From an uncultured Clostridia bacterium (GTDB lineage Bacteria > Bacillota > Clostridia > Christensenellales > UBA1242): 64,000 nucleotides of DNA. The notes under the pieces are model-generated. The model saw only the letters and a list, made by a program, of their open reading frames with translations. It had not been told where the DNA came from and did not search any database. The stretch lies in the NCBI GenBank assembly GCA_947628205.1, contig CANQYX010000002.1:4975-68974 (forward strand), given 5' to 3'. A program made the position numbers and the translations under genes. The stretch's first letter is position 1. The number at the start of each line of letters is the position of its first letter. This document shows, piece after piece, positions 38,968-47,620 of this stretch.

Positions 38968-39002
38968 CTGCTTTTTTGAAATTTTTTGAATTAAATAATA
39001 AT

Positions 39003-39022
39003 AAAAAAGAACCAAAAGGTTC
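39003..39022 (-). terminator. Rho-independent terminator after ackA
   Basis: gaaccaaaaggttc hairpin; on the minus strand it is followed by T6. Confidence 0.6.
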
Positions 39023-39035
39023 AATTTTATTTAAT

Positions 39036-40220
39036 CTATTTAACTAAGCTGGCGGTGTCCAGCGCAATCATGTATTCTTCATCGGTTGGGATGCGGTAAA
39101 CTTTTACGCGGCTGGTTTTTTTAGAAAACTCTTGAATTGTACCGCGCGGTGCGGACTTGTTAATTTTGCTATCGAACTCAACGCCCAAATATTCCATATC
39201 CTTGCAAACGGCCTCGCGCACAAGTTCGTCATTTTCACCAACGCCGGCGGTGAAAATGATATAATCCACGCCGTTCATGGCGGCGGCATATGCACCGATA
39301 TATTTTTTAATTGAATAAACAAGCATATCAAACGCAAGTTTAACGCGTGGCTCGTCTAGGTGCGCATCGATATCGCGCAAATCGCTGTAAGTGCCCGTGA
39401 TGCCAACCAAACCGCTTTGTTTGTTCAACAAGTCAACCGCTTGGTCAACGGTTAAATTTTTTGCTTCCATAATGGCTTTAACAACAGATGCGTCAATGTC
39501 GCCCGAACGCGTGCCCATAACCACGCCTGCAAGCGGAGTGTAGCCCATTGATGTGTCTATGCACTTGCCATCTTTAATGGCGCAAATGCTGCTGCCGCTG
39601 CCAAGGTGGCAAGAGATGATTTTTTTGCCTTTAAGGTTGCCAAACAACTCTTTGCACTTTAAGGCAATGTAGCGGTGGCTGGTGCCGTGAGCGCCATAGC
39701 GGCGAATTTTGTTTTTGGAATATAATTCGTAAGGGATTGCATACATATATGCTTTTTCTGGCATGGTGGAATGGAAGGCAGTGTCGAACACGGCAACATT
39801 TTTAACTTTTGGCATTAATTCCATGCAAACTTTGATGCCGAGCAAGGCGGCAGGGTTGTGAAGTGGCGCAAAATGAATTTGCTTTTCCAAATCTTTAAGC
39901 ACAGTTTTATCCACGACAACCGATTGATTATATTTTTCGCCAAAATTGACCATCCTATGCCCTATGGCTTTAATTTCGTCTAGCGATTTAATAACACCTA
40001 AATCTTTGCTTGTTAGCGTGTTCAAAAACAGTTGAAAAGCCTCTTTGTGCGTTGGCATTGGCGCGTTTATAACATGTTTTTCGCTTGTTTTGTAATCCAT
40101 AAAAGGTTTATCCAACCCAATGCGTTGGCAATATGCCTTTGCAAGCACTTTGCCATTTGATGTTTCCATAAGTTGTGCTTTTAAACTGCTGCTGCCCGAA
40201 TTTACAACTAAAACTTTCAT
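39036..40220 (-). CDS. ackA: Acetate kinase
   Basis: MKVLVVNSGSSSLK N-terminus, plus RRYGAHGTSH and HLGSGSS motifs. Confidence 0.95.
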   Translation of the reverse strand: MKVLVVNSGSSSLKAQLMETSNGKVLAKAYCQRIGLDKPFMDYKTSEKHVINAPMPTHKEAFQLFLNTLTSKDLGVIKSLDEIKAIGHRMVNFGEKYNQSVVVDKTVLKDLEKQIHFAPLHNPAALLGIKVCMELMPKVKNVAVFDTAFHSTMPEKAYMYAIPYELYSKNKIRRYGAHGTSHRYIALKCKELFGNLKGKKIISCHLGSGSSICAIKDGKCIDTSMGYTPLAGVVMGTRSGDIDASVVKAIMEAKNLTVDQAVDLLNKQSGLVGITGTYSDLRDIDAHLDEPRVKLAFDMLVYSIKKYIGAYAAAMNGVDYIIFTAGVGENDELVREAVCKDMEYLGVEFDSKINKSAPRGTIQEFSKKTSRVKVYRIPTDEEYMIALDTASLVK

Positions 40221-40330
40221 AAAAAAATCTCCTTATATCAATAAGGAAATTTTAGCACAATAAAAATTTAAAACAAAATATTTTTAACAAATTTTAAAAA
40301 CAAAATTTTTTAAAAAATTTTTATCAAATT

Positions 40331-40945
40331 TTAAAATTCACTATCTTTTTCGGATTCTTTTAATTCGGAAAATTTCCACATAAAACCTTTTTCTGTTAAT
40401 AATTTTATTTGCTCATCGTTAAGTTTTATTACTTTAGATCTAATTCTCAATTGAAGGCGGCCCAACGGATAGCCGTCGTCTGCAATGAATAATGATTTTA
40501 CATTCCCATATTCAAGAAAGTATGACAAAAAAACGTCAAAATTAAAACGCTCTTTACTCTTCCAAGCAAAGCCAATATCTGTTAACATCTTTTTTTGTTT
40601 TGTCGTAAGGATAATAATGCCTTTTTTAATTTTATAAGTTTGAAAACCCAACGGATATCCTTGTGGCGTTACAAAAGAAAATCCAACTTCGCCATACTGC
40701 TGAAAGTTTTTATAAAAATTTTCAAAATTAAATTGATTGTTAACCAAACGAAACCCAAGTGCATGCAATTGCTGTTTTTCTTCTGGGCTTAAAACATATC
40801 CGCTCCTTATATTCCTTAGATTTTTGCCAAGAGGATAGCCATTTGGTGTTATAAAGTTTTCATCAACTTCACCATATTCGTTATAATATTGAATAAATTC
40901 TTCAAACTTTATCCTTTGAGAGGCTTTAAAAACTAAATTTTTCAT
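40331..40945 (-). CDS. Stand-alone protein made of three tandem helicase-associated (HA)-like repeats
   Basis: 204 aa = 3 x ~65 aa. Each repeat reads F(E/N)xF...YGEV....(I/V)TPxGYPLG......I(R/K)......L...(Q/E)...L...GF.W. Confidence 0.45.
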   Translation of the reverse strand: MKNLVFKASQRIKFEEFIQYYNEYGEVDENFITPNGYPLGKNLRNIRSGYVLSPEEKQQLHALGFRLVNNQFNFENFYKNFQQYGEVGFSFVTPQGYPLGFQTYKIKKGIIILTTKQKKMLTDIGFAWKSKERFNFDVFLSYFLEYGNVKSLFIADDGYPLGRLQLRIRSKVIKLNDEQIKLLTEKGFMWKFSELKESEKDSEF

Positions 40946-40986
40946 ATTAATGTTTATGATAAAATATCAAAAATAATCACAAAAAT

Positions 40987-41952
40987 TTAAAATAAAGTTA
41001 GCAATTTTGTTATAACCACTGTGTCCACAATTTCATCTGCCGTGCAGCCGCGGCTTAAATCGTTAACCGGCTTGTTGAAATTGAGCATTATTGGCCCGAT
41101 GGCAGTGTAGCCACCCAAACGTGCCACAAGTTTATATGATATGTTGCCCGCGTTTAAATCTGGGAAAATAAACACATTTGCATTGCCACCCACATCGCTC
41201 TTTATGCCTTTTTTTGTGGCAACCGCTTTGTTTAGCGCGCTATCCACCTGCATTTCGCCATCAATATGGAAGGTGGATTTTGACTGCGCAAGTTTTGTGG
41301 CAAGCGCAACTTTATCAACCATTTCACTTTTTGCACTGCCCTTTGTGGAATAAGAGAGCATGGCAACTTTTGGTGTTTTGCGCGTTAGAGTTTTATAAAA
41401 TTCAGCGGCCGAAATTGCAATATCTGCCAAATTTTCGCTTGTTGGGTTTTCAACCAGCGAAACATCGGCAAAAACAAGCGGTTTTTTGCCATATTTTAGC
41501 ATCAGCATTGCACCTGTTACAAGCGATTTATTTGGTTTTGTTTTAATAATTTGGAGCGCCGGCCTAAGTGTGTCCGCAGTTGAATAATACGCGCCCGCCA
41601 CCACGCCATCTGCCATATTATTTTTTAAAAGCATCATGGCAAAATATCCGGGCTCAAGAACAAGTTTTTGGGCTTCTGATAACGTTAGGCCTTTATTTTT
41701 TCTTAGTTCAAAAAGTTGGTTAGCAAATTCATCTAATCTTTTAAATTTGCTAATATCTATAATTTGGCAATTGTTTGATTTAAACTCTTCGCCAAAATCT
41801 TTTGGCTTGCCAAACACTATAATTTTTGCCAAATTCTTTTTCAAAATTTTTTGGCATGCTAAATACACCCGTTTATCTAAATTTGCTTCGGGCAACACAA
41901 TTGTTGCATTAATTGTTTTGGATCTTTTTCTTAGTTCGTTTAACAGTTCCAT
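40987..41952 (-). CDS. pta: Phosphate acetyltransferase
   Basis: 321 aa. IVLPEA...VVAGAYYSTADTLRPALQIIKT...GPIMLNFNKPVNDLSRGC motifs. Its 5' end overlaps the patatin gene's 3' end by 44 nt. Confidence 0.92.
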   Translation of the reverse strand: MELLNELRKRSKTINATIVLPEANLDKRVYLACQKILKKNLAKIIVFGKPKDFGEEFKSNNCQIIDISKFKRLDEFANQLFELRKNKGLTLSEAQKLVLEPGYFAMMLLKNNMADGVVAGAYYSTADTLRPALQIIKTKPNKSLVTGAMLMLKYGKKPLVFADVSLVENPTSENLADIAISAAEFYKTLTRKTPKVAMLSYSTKGSAKSEMVDKVALATKLAQSKSTFHIDGEMQVDSALNKAVATKKGIKSDVGGNANVFIFPDLNAGNISYKLVARLGGYTAIGPIMLNFNKPVNDLSRGCTADEIVDTVVITKLLTLF

Positions 41953-42742
41953 TTTTAACTCCTAATAAACTTAAAATTTCTGTAAGATGTTTTTGGATTA
42001 TTAACTCGCCTTTTCTAATCGATTTTTTGGCAGTTTTGTTTGAGAAATCTGCCTGACTTATTGTTGGTTGGCTTATAACAAGGCGCAAATCTGCTTTTTG
42101 GGGTTTATTTTTAACAACATTGCTAGTCATAAGCGTGGTTGCGTTTAAAAGCGTGTCCATCATTTTCATGTGCCCTTTTTCATATTGCTTTGCATAATCT
42201 CCAATAACGTCAACCGAAAGAATAAAGGCATCCGGCATAAGTTCGCGCGCAACATCTTCTGGCAAATTGTTTAGTGTGCCACCATCGCAATAAGTGTTTT
42301 CGCCAATTGTGATGCTAGGAAAAACTCCCGGTATGGATATGCTAGCCATAACACTATCATACACTAGGCCGGCATCAAAATGTTTTTCCGTGCCTGTGTT
42401 CAATTCGGTGGAAACGGATACAAATTTAATTTTACAATCTTCGTGAGTGGTTTCACCCAAGTTGGATTTTAAAATTTTTCTTACTTTATTTACATTTAAC
42501 AGGTTGCCTTTAAATAGAGTTGAAAACAGGCTAAAATATCCTATTCCATTTATTTTAAGTGCCAAATTTTCCAATTCTTCAACCGTTTTGCCTGCGGCAT
42601 ACAGCCCACCAATTAGCGCGCCCATAGATGTGCCAACAATAAGGTCGGGCTTTAAACCATTCTTTTCTAAAATTTTTAAAACGCCAATATGGGCATATCC
42701 TTTTGCTGCACCACCACCTAAAACGAGTGCAAATTTCTTCAT
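41909..42742 (-). CDS. Patatin-like phospholipase
   Basis: GGGAAKGYAHIGVL oxyanion motif, GTSMGA lipase serine and DGG catalytic Asp motif. Confidence 0.88.
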   Translation of the reverse strand: MKKFALVLGGGAAKGYAHIGVLKILEKNGLKPDLIVGTSMGALIGGLYAAGKTVEELENLALKINGIGYFSLFSTLFKGNLLNVNKVRKILKSNLGETTHEDCKIKFVSVSTELNTGTEKHFDAGLVYDSVMASISIPGVFPSITIGENTYCDGGTLNNLPEDVARELMPDAFILSVDVIGDYAKQYEKGHMKMMDTLLNATTLMTSNVVKNKPQKADLRLVISQPTISQADFSNKTAKKSIRKGELIIQKHLTEILSLLGVKNGTVKRTKKKIQNN

Positions 42743-42793
42743 TTTTACCCCTAATTTGTAATTAATTTGAATGCTTATTTAATATCATTATAT

Positions 42794-43756
42794 ATGAAAA
42801 TTAAGCTAAAATCAAACAAAATAATACTCTTGCTATTAATTTTAGTTTGTTTTATTTTTGTGTTATCTCCAAAAGTTTATGCAAATTGTTGTTTAAATGC
42901 ACTATCCGTTTGGGCAATTAATGTTTTGCCCACCCTTTTGCCCTTCTTTATTTTAACGCGGTTGATTGTTAATCTTTCTGGCACAAAGCCAAATAAACTG
43001 GACAAGTATTTTAAAAATATATACCACACCAACAACAGCTCTATGGTGTATTTTTTATCTATTTTATCCGGCTACCCAATGGGTGCCAAACTGATTTGCA
43101 ATATGTATGAATTGGGAAGAATTGACCAAACCGATGCAAAAAAAATGTTATCGTTTTGTTCGGTTAGTGGGCCGATGTTTATTGTTGGAACGGTGGGGGT
43201 TGGCTTCCTATTTTCTTTTAAAGCGGGAATTATAATATTAATTTCCAACATCGTTGCAAGTTTGATAAACGGGCTAATTTACAGAGGCAAAAAAGGCAAG
43301 GATTTGTCCTTTGATTATCTCCCTCAAAAAAGAAATTCTAATTTGCTATATGATTGTGTTTATGACGCAATGATTTCTGTGCTTATGGTTGGGGCTTTTA
43401 TTGTGTTAAGTTTTTTGATTATAGAAATTTTAATAAATTTAAAAGTTTTAACCCATCTTTCAATTCTAATTTCAAAAATTTTTAATGTGGATTTTAATGT
43501 TGTTCTTTCTGTTTTAAAAGGCACAATTGAAATTACGCGAGGCACATTAGATTTAGGCAAAACGTGCATTAGCTTAAATGCAAAACTTGTTATTGCTAGT
43601 GGTTTGGTTGGCTTTGGCGGAATAAGCGTGATGTTGCAATCTATGGGGTTTTTATCCAAACTTAAAATTCGTTTAACAACCATGCTATTGCAAAAATTAA
43701 CTCAAGCGATGTTGTGCATAATAATTTCGCTTGCCCTTGTTAAAATGTTTTTTTAA
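42794..43756 (+). CDS. ylbJ: Polytopic membrane protein resembling sporulation protein YlbJ
   Basis: N-terminal ...CLNALSVWAINVLPTLLPFFILTRL... resembles the YlbJ signature, with multiple TM helices. The ATG at 42794 is preferred over the TTG at 42767. Confidence 0.5.
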   Translation: MKIKLKSNKIILLLLILVCFIFVLSPKVYANCCLNALSVWAINVLPTLLPFFILTRLIVNLSGTKPNKLDKYFKNIYHTNNSSMVYFLSILSGYPMGAKLICNMYELGRIDQTDAKKMLSFCSVSGPMFIVGTVGVGFLFSFKAGIIILISNIVASLINGLIYRGKKGKDLSFDYLPQKRNSNLLYDCVYDAMISVLMVGAFIVLSFLIIEILINLKVLTHLSILISKIFNVDFNVVLSVLKGTIEITRGTLDLGKTCISLNAKLVIASGLVGFGGISVMLQSMGFLSKLKIRLTTMLLQKLTQAMLCIIISLALVKMFF

Positions 43757-43783
43757 AAGATTTTATAAGGTGTTTAAAATTAA

Positions 43784-43812
43784 TTGACTTAAAAATTTTT
43801 AAATTATAAAAT
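43784..43812 (+). promoter_or_regulatory. Promoter positioned for a leaderless transcript of the 43819 ORF
   Basis: TTGACT (43784-43789), a 17-nt spacer, then TAAAAT (43807-43812), followed by aatagt and the ATG at 43819. No SD. Confidence 0.5.
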
Positions 43813-43818
43813 AATAGT

Positions 43819-44364
43819 ATGAAAAATGAACGTTTTGAATATCAAAATAGAGATATTCCTATGCTTAAAAAAGATATTTTTTTCCGTTTTCTTTTTATGC
43901 TTTTGTTTATTGGGATATTTGCTTGGCAATTATTTTTGCTAATTTCAAATTATTTACATGGCACGCTTTCCCCAATTAAAACTATTGTTTCCGTTGCCCT
44001 GTTAATATCTTCTTTGATGTTTTCCTTAGTTTCGTTTACTTACGCTTTTAGAAGTTTAAACATTATGCAAAAAGTTATTTTGCATGGAACAGCAGTTAAA
44101 ACAATTTCTGTTATTTCTAACGCTAAAAAGAACAGCTTTTTAAGGATATATTCTTTTGTAACTCAGCTTATTTCGCTTGTTATGCTTGTTGTTTTGTGTT
44201 GCGCAGTAACTTACAATGTTTTAGAATATGTTTACTTTACAACTATTTCATATTATTTGCCTGTTCTGTTGTTCGTTAGTGCGGCAGGGTTCAATAGCGT
44301 ATATCATATTAAACACGAAATAAAAACAATTCAAAATGTGCGTGAATTTAACAGCATTTTTTAA
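43819..44364 (+). CDS. Hypothetical membrane protein (about 4 TM helices)
   Basis: 181 aa with four long hydrophobic segments. No motif recognised. Confidence 0.55.
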   Translation: MKNERFEYQNRDIPMLKKDIFFRFLFMLLFIGIFAWQLFLLISNYLHGTLSPIKTIVSVALLISSLMFSLVSFTYAFRSLNIMQKVILHGTAVKTISVISNAKKNSFLRIYSFVTQLISLVMLVVLCCAVTYNVLEYVYFTTISYYLPVLLFVSAAGFNSVYHIKHEIKTIQNVREFNSIF

Positions 44365-44388
44365 AAAAGGGGCTTATGCCCTTTTTTA
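44363..44388. terminator. Bidirectional terminator
   Basis: aaaaaaggggcttatgccctttttt lies between convergent genes. Confidence 0.65.
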
Positions 44389-44922
44389 ATTTTCTATAAC
44401 CTTACTGTAAATATATTGATAAACGCTTGGTGCAATGTCCTTCCATTTTTTGCAACTCATCATTGCGCTGTGGCGAGAATCCGCTTTAATTGATAAAGCA
44501 AATACATTTTGTGCGATGTTTGGTTCTAATATTCTAAGCTCAACTGTGTAGCTGCCGTCCTCATTCTTGAAATATTTTGAAACATATTCTTGGCTGCGTT
44601 TGAAATTTAATTTATTATCCACAACAAATTGGTCGATGTTATCTCGTAAACTTTTAGGAATGCGTGAATAAAATTGGGATACGCACTCCCTACCCTTAAC
44701 CGTTATGTTGTATCTATCCTCTTCGTTATCCGTGCTGGGTTTATAAATAAATTCTGCCTTAATTAGTTGCGCCAAAATATCCTTGCACTCCATCCAATTA
44801 ATCCAATCATTTTGGGTTGAACAAATTTCCAAAATGGAATTTTCTGTTAAAGGAATTTCCATTTTGTCTAACATATACAGCAAAATGAGTTTATAAGTTG
44901 TGCTATCTGGTTTAAATTCCAT
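44386..44922 (-). CDS. DUF4364-like putative winged-helix regulator
   Basis: MEFKPDSTTYKLILLYMLDKMEIPLTENSILEI... resembles the clostridial DUF4364 family. The ATG at 44922 (GGAGA SD) is preferred over the TTG at 44934. Confidence 0.4.
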   Translation of the reverse strand: MEFKPDSTTYKLILLYMLDKMEIPLTENSILEICSTQNDWINWMECKDILAQLIKAEFIYKPSTDNEEDRYNITVKGRECVSQFYSRIPKSLRDNIDQFVVDNKLNFKRSQEYVSKYFKNEDGSYTVELRILEPNIAQNVFALSIKADSRHSAMMSCKKWKDIAPSVYQYIYSKVIEN

Positions 44923-45018
44923 AAATTTCTCCAATAAAAAACTTTTGTAAAAACTTTTTACTTTAATATTTTATAACAAAATAAGATAAAACACAAATAT
45001 TTTTGCCATTATTTTTGC

Positions 45019-45047
45019 TTGCTTACAAAATTTTAAGATGTTATAAT
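45019..45047 (+). promoter_or_regulatory. Sigma-A promoter of the 45064 ORF
   Basis: TTGCTT, a 17-nt spacer, then TGtTATAAT (45042-45047), followed by an AAAGGAGA SD. Confidence 0.55.
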
Positions 45048-45063
45048 ATTAAAAGGAGATTTT

Positions 45064-45729
45064 ATGGAAGAAGAATTAATTCCTTTTAACACCGCCTGTG
45101 AAGAATTTGCAAACGGAAAATTTATTTTCCCAGAAAATAAAATTGCATCTATTTTAAACGCTCTTGAAAACAACGAAAAACTTAAAGCGATTGTTTCTAA
45201 TGCTCTGTCCAATTACAATTTCAACGAAATTTATGCTAATATGGTTGAAAATGGCAGTATTGACCTGCCAGACACTAACAACGAACTAATTGCGTTCGTT
45301 TATAGTTTGCTTTTCAATTTTCAAAACAAATTTTTGCATTTTAATGATTTTGTGGCAAAAATTAAAACGGAAACTGCCGGCGAGGAATTTAAAGAATTTT
45401 GTTCTTCCATCCTTTTCCCGTTTAGAGAGGCAATTAATACCGCATTTTATAGCCAAAGCATGTCAACTTCTGCGCCAGAAGTTAAAAAAACATATTTTGT
45501 TAAGTTGAAGACCGCTATTGAGCAAATTTTTAAAAATATAGATAATTTTAAGCTTAAAATGACCGAAAAAGAAGAGTTTTCAATGCTTTTAAACTCGCTT
45601 TATCTTGCTTGCGAAAAATGCGATAAAAAGCTTGTCTATTCACTTATGGTTGGGCTAGATTATTTTACAAAAGCATATAAGAAAACACGCAATGCATATT
45701 ATTCGCTCGAAGAGTGTTTTGCTAATTAA
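45064..45729 (+). CDS. Hypothetical protein (221 aa)
   Basis: Good promoter and SD. No motif recognised. Confidence 0.6.
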   Translation: MEEELIPFNTACEEFANGKFIFPENKIASILNALENNEKLKAIVSNALSNYNFNEIYANMVENGSIDLPDTNNELIAFVYSLLFNFQNKFLHFNDFVAKIKTETAGEEFKEFCSSILFPFREAINTAFYSQSMSTSAPEVKKTYFVKLKTAIEQIFKNIDNFKLKMTEKEEFSMLLNSLYLACEKCDKKLVYSLMVGLDYFTKAYKKTRNAYYSLEECFAN

Positions 45730-45868
45730 TTTTATTATTATTTGTTAAATTTTCTTTGCATTTTTGTCCTATTATTAAAGTTCCGCCCAAAAAAATAAAG
45801 ATTTTAAAAAAATTTTTAAAAAAATGTTGCTTTTTTTTGATTTATCATATATAATAATAAAGTTATTT

Positions 45869-45891
45869 GCCGGTGTGGCGAAATGGCAGAC
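45869..45891 (+). repeat. 23-nt duplicate of the 5' end of tRNA-Leu
   Basis: gccggtgtggcgaaatggcagac is identical to 46031-46053. The sequence downstream diverges and cannot fold as a tRNA. Confidence 0.9.
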
Positions 45892-46030
45892 ACTCGTCAC
45901 AACCCCGCCCTTTTACTTATTTGCTATTCGCAAATTGCGCCTTTTGGGCGAGTTGTTCCTCTTTCCCAAAAAACTTGCGTTTTTATGGGAACCCTTATTG
46001 TCCTGTGCGTCTCCACAAATCTTAATATAT

Positions 46031-46118
46031 GCCGGTGTGGCGAAATGGCAGACGCACAGGACTTAAAATCCTGGGTCCGTAACAGGACGTGTCGGTTCGA
46101 CCCCGACCACCGGCACCA
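46031..46118 (+). tRNA. tRNA-Leu (anticodon UAA), CCA encoded
   Basis: Manual fold: acceptor GCCGGTG/CACCGGC, anticodon arm CAGGA-CTTAAAA-TCCTG, a long variable arm, and T arm GTCGG-TTCGACC-CCGAC. Confidence 0.92.
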
Positions 46119-46347
46119 AAACCCAACCCCAAAAAAATCGCGCGAAAAGGTTTACCCTTTGAGTGCGAAAAAGGAGCAAACGAGTTTAGGCTTACAATTG
46201 CGAGTTTACGAGCAATTTAGCAAAAACAAACAAAAAAACTTTTAAAGAGTTAACGAAGTGCTCTTTAAAAGTAAAGGAGCAACCGAGCAAAGGCCTACAT
46301 TTGCGGAATGCAATGAAGCAAATTGGCTATGGCGAGAGTTGCGACGT

Positions 46348-46421
46348 GGCACCATCGCCAAGAGGTAAGGCCAGGGTCTGCAAAACCCTCATCACCAGTT
46401 CGATTCTGGTTGGTGCCTCCA
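46348..46421 (+). tRNA. tRNA-Cys (anticodon GCA), CCA encoded
   Basis: Acceptor GGCACCA/TGGTGCC, anticodon arm AGGGT-CTGCAAA-ACCCT, T arm ACCAG-TTCGATT-CTGGT. Confidence 0.92.
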
Positions 46422-46485
46422 TCAATTTGTGTGTAAACACAAATTTTTTTATTCTAGAATAGAAATTAAATGTTTAATTTTGATA

Positions 46486-46514
46486 TTGACAAAATTTAAA
46501 CTTTGTAATATAAT
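46486..46514 (+). promoter_or_regulatory. Consensus promoter positioned for a leaderless transcript of the 46521 ORF
   Basis: TTGACA (46486-46491), a 17-nt spacer, then TATAAT (46509-46514), followed by ataatt and the ATG at 46521. No SD. Confidence 0.55.
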
Positions 46515-46520
46515 ATAATT

Positions 46521-47189
46521 ATGACCGATAGAGTTTTAGACATCTGGGCAATTCAAAACTACCCTAACGAAATTTACACCGCGCTAAAAAACATTATTAA
46601 TGATGTTGTTATTTTTAAGCACCTTATTTGCAAGTTTAAAATTGGCAATAAACTTGTGCAAACCTGCCTTTATGATAGCGTAATTTACAGCGAAGGCAGC
46701 GACACACTTATTATGCTAAAACGCGATGGAAAAGCCGAAATTCAGCAAGCAGAAAAATATTTTGATGAGCATGAAATTGACTATCAAGTTGTGGATTTTA
46801 TGCCCACCGAACAAACTCAAATCGAGGGTGAAAACAAAGAATTTTGGTTTGCTAGAGATATTTATGTTGTGGAAGATGCGGTTGAAGATTCTATCGAAAA
46901 AGGCAACACCTCTTGCAAATATGACCCATCTGTTAAAAGCAGTATAATTTTTAAATATCCTGTTCACAAAAAGCTGGAAGATAGCCAAGTTTTAAATGCA
47001 AGGTTTTTGGATAATGAATTTTTGTTTAAAATAAGTTTTCGCGGTTTGGTTGAATTTGAGGATAAATATATTTTGTCAACAATTTCCAAAGTGCAAAACA
47101 ATATCCATTATAGCGATATAATGGACATTTTAGAAAGACATAAAATAAATGTTCAAATTGACGAAAATTTAGAAAACTATTCATTCTAA
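46521..47189 (+). CDS. Hypothetical protein (222 aa)
   Basis: An ORF bracketed by tRNA pairs, with a consensus promoter and a downstream terminator. No motif recognised. Confidence 0.6.
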   Translation: MTDRVLDIWAIQNYPNEIYTALKNIINDVVIFKHLICKFKIGNKLVQTCLYDSVIYSEGSDTLIMLKRDGKAEIQQAEKYFDEHEIDYQVVDFMPTEQTQIEGENKEFWFARDIYVVEDAVEDSIEKGNTSCKYDPSVKSSIIFKYPVHKKLEDSQVLNARFLDNEFLFKISFRGLVEFEDKYILSTISKVQNNIHYSDIMDILERHKINVQIDENLENYSF

Positions 47190-47193
47190 AACA

Positions 47194-47222
47194 AAAAAAT
47201 GCCTTATTTAAGGCATTTTTTT
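47194..47222. terminator. Bidirectional terminator
   Basis: aaaaaaatgccttatttaaggcattttttt lies between the 46521 ORF and tRNA-Gly. Confidence 0.75.
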
Positions 47223-47223
47223 A

Positions 47224-47298
47224 TGGAGCGGAAGACGGGGATCGAACCCGCGACCTTTGCCTTGGCAAGGCAACGCTATACCACTAAGCCACTCCCGC
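47224..47298 (-). tRNA. tRNA-Gly (anticodon GCC), CCA encoded
   Basis: The reverse complement is GCGGGAGTGGCTTAGTGGTATAGCGTTGCCTTGCCAAGGCAAAGGTCGCGGGTTCGATCCCCGTCTTCCGCTCCA, which folds as a cloverleaf. Confidence 0.92.
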
Positions 47299-47396
47299 GT
47301 GGTGCAAACTGCATTTATGTTAGTTTAATGGCTGTTATCCTTATATTTTATTAATAACTTAATCTTTTTGTAACTTGTTAATTAAAAAAATAAAGG

Positions 47397-47472
47397 TGGT
47401 GGGAGATACAGGACTCGAACCTGTGACCCTCTGCTTGTAAGGCAGGTACTCTACCAACTGCGCTAATCTCCC
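47397..47472 (-). tRNA. tRNA-Val (anticodon UAC), CCA encoded
   Basis: The reverse complement is GGGAGATTAGCGCAGTTGGTAGAGTACCTGCCTTACAAGCAGAGGGTCACAGGTTCGAGTCCTGTATCTCCCACCA. The D stem has a G12-A23 mismatch and the anticodon stem a C27-A43 mismatch. Confidence 0.85.
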
Positions 47473-47590
47473 ATAAATATTAAGTTGTTTTCCGCTAATC
47501 TCCCAATTAGATTGCGTAATTAATATAGCATAAGTTTAAACTATTGTCAAGAAAATTTTATAAAATTTTTAAAAATTTTTAATTTTCATT

Positions 47591-47620
47591 AAAAAATCTC
47601 AACCGAAGTTGAGATTTTTT
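47591..47620. terminator. Bidirectional terminator after the Cys-rich ORF
   Basis: aaaaaatctcaaccgaagttgagatttttt. Confidence 0.75.

Noticed and set aside
41909-41952. 44-nt overlap between the patatin gene 3' end and the pta 5' end, considered as a possible frameshift or fusion.
   Set aside because: Both ORFs have complete conserved termini: pta needs MELLNELRKRS...IVLPEA, and the patatin C-terminus is simply a basic tail. An ordinary overlap is the simplest reading.
45869-46118. Considered a group I intron in tRNA-Leu(UAA), as known from cyanobacteria and plastids, or an integrated element at the tRNA.
   Set aside because: The intact tRNA at 46031-46118 has an uninterrupted anticodon loop. 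The upstream copy covers only nt 1-23. The 139-nt interval has no intron core elements that I can recognise and no integrase.
45824-46245. ORFs 45824-46066 and 45883-46245 (80 and 120 aa).
   Set aside because: They read straight through tRNA-Leu and its duplicated fragment, so they are artefacts of the RNA gene region.
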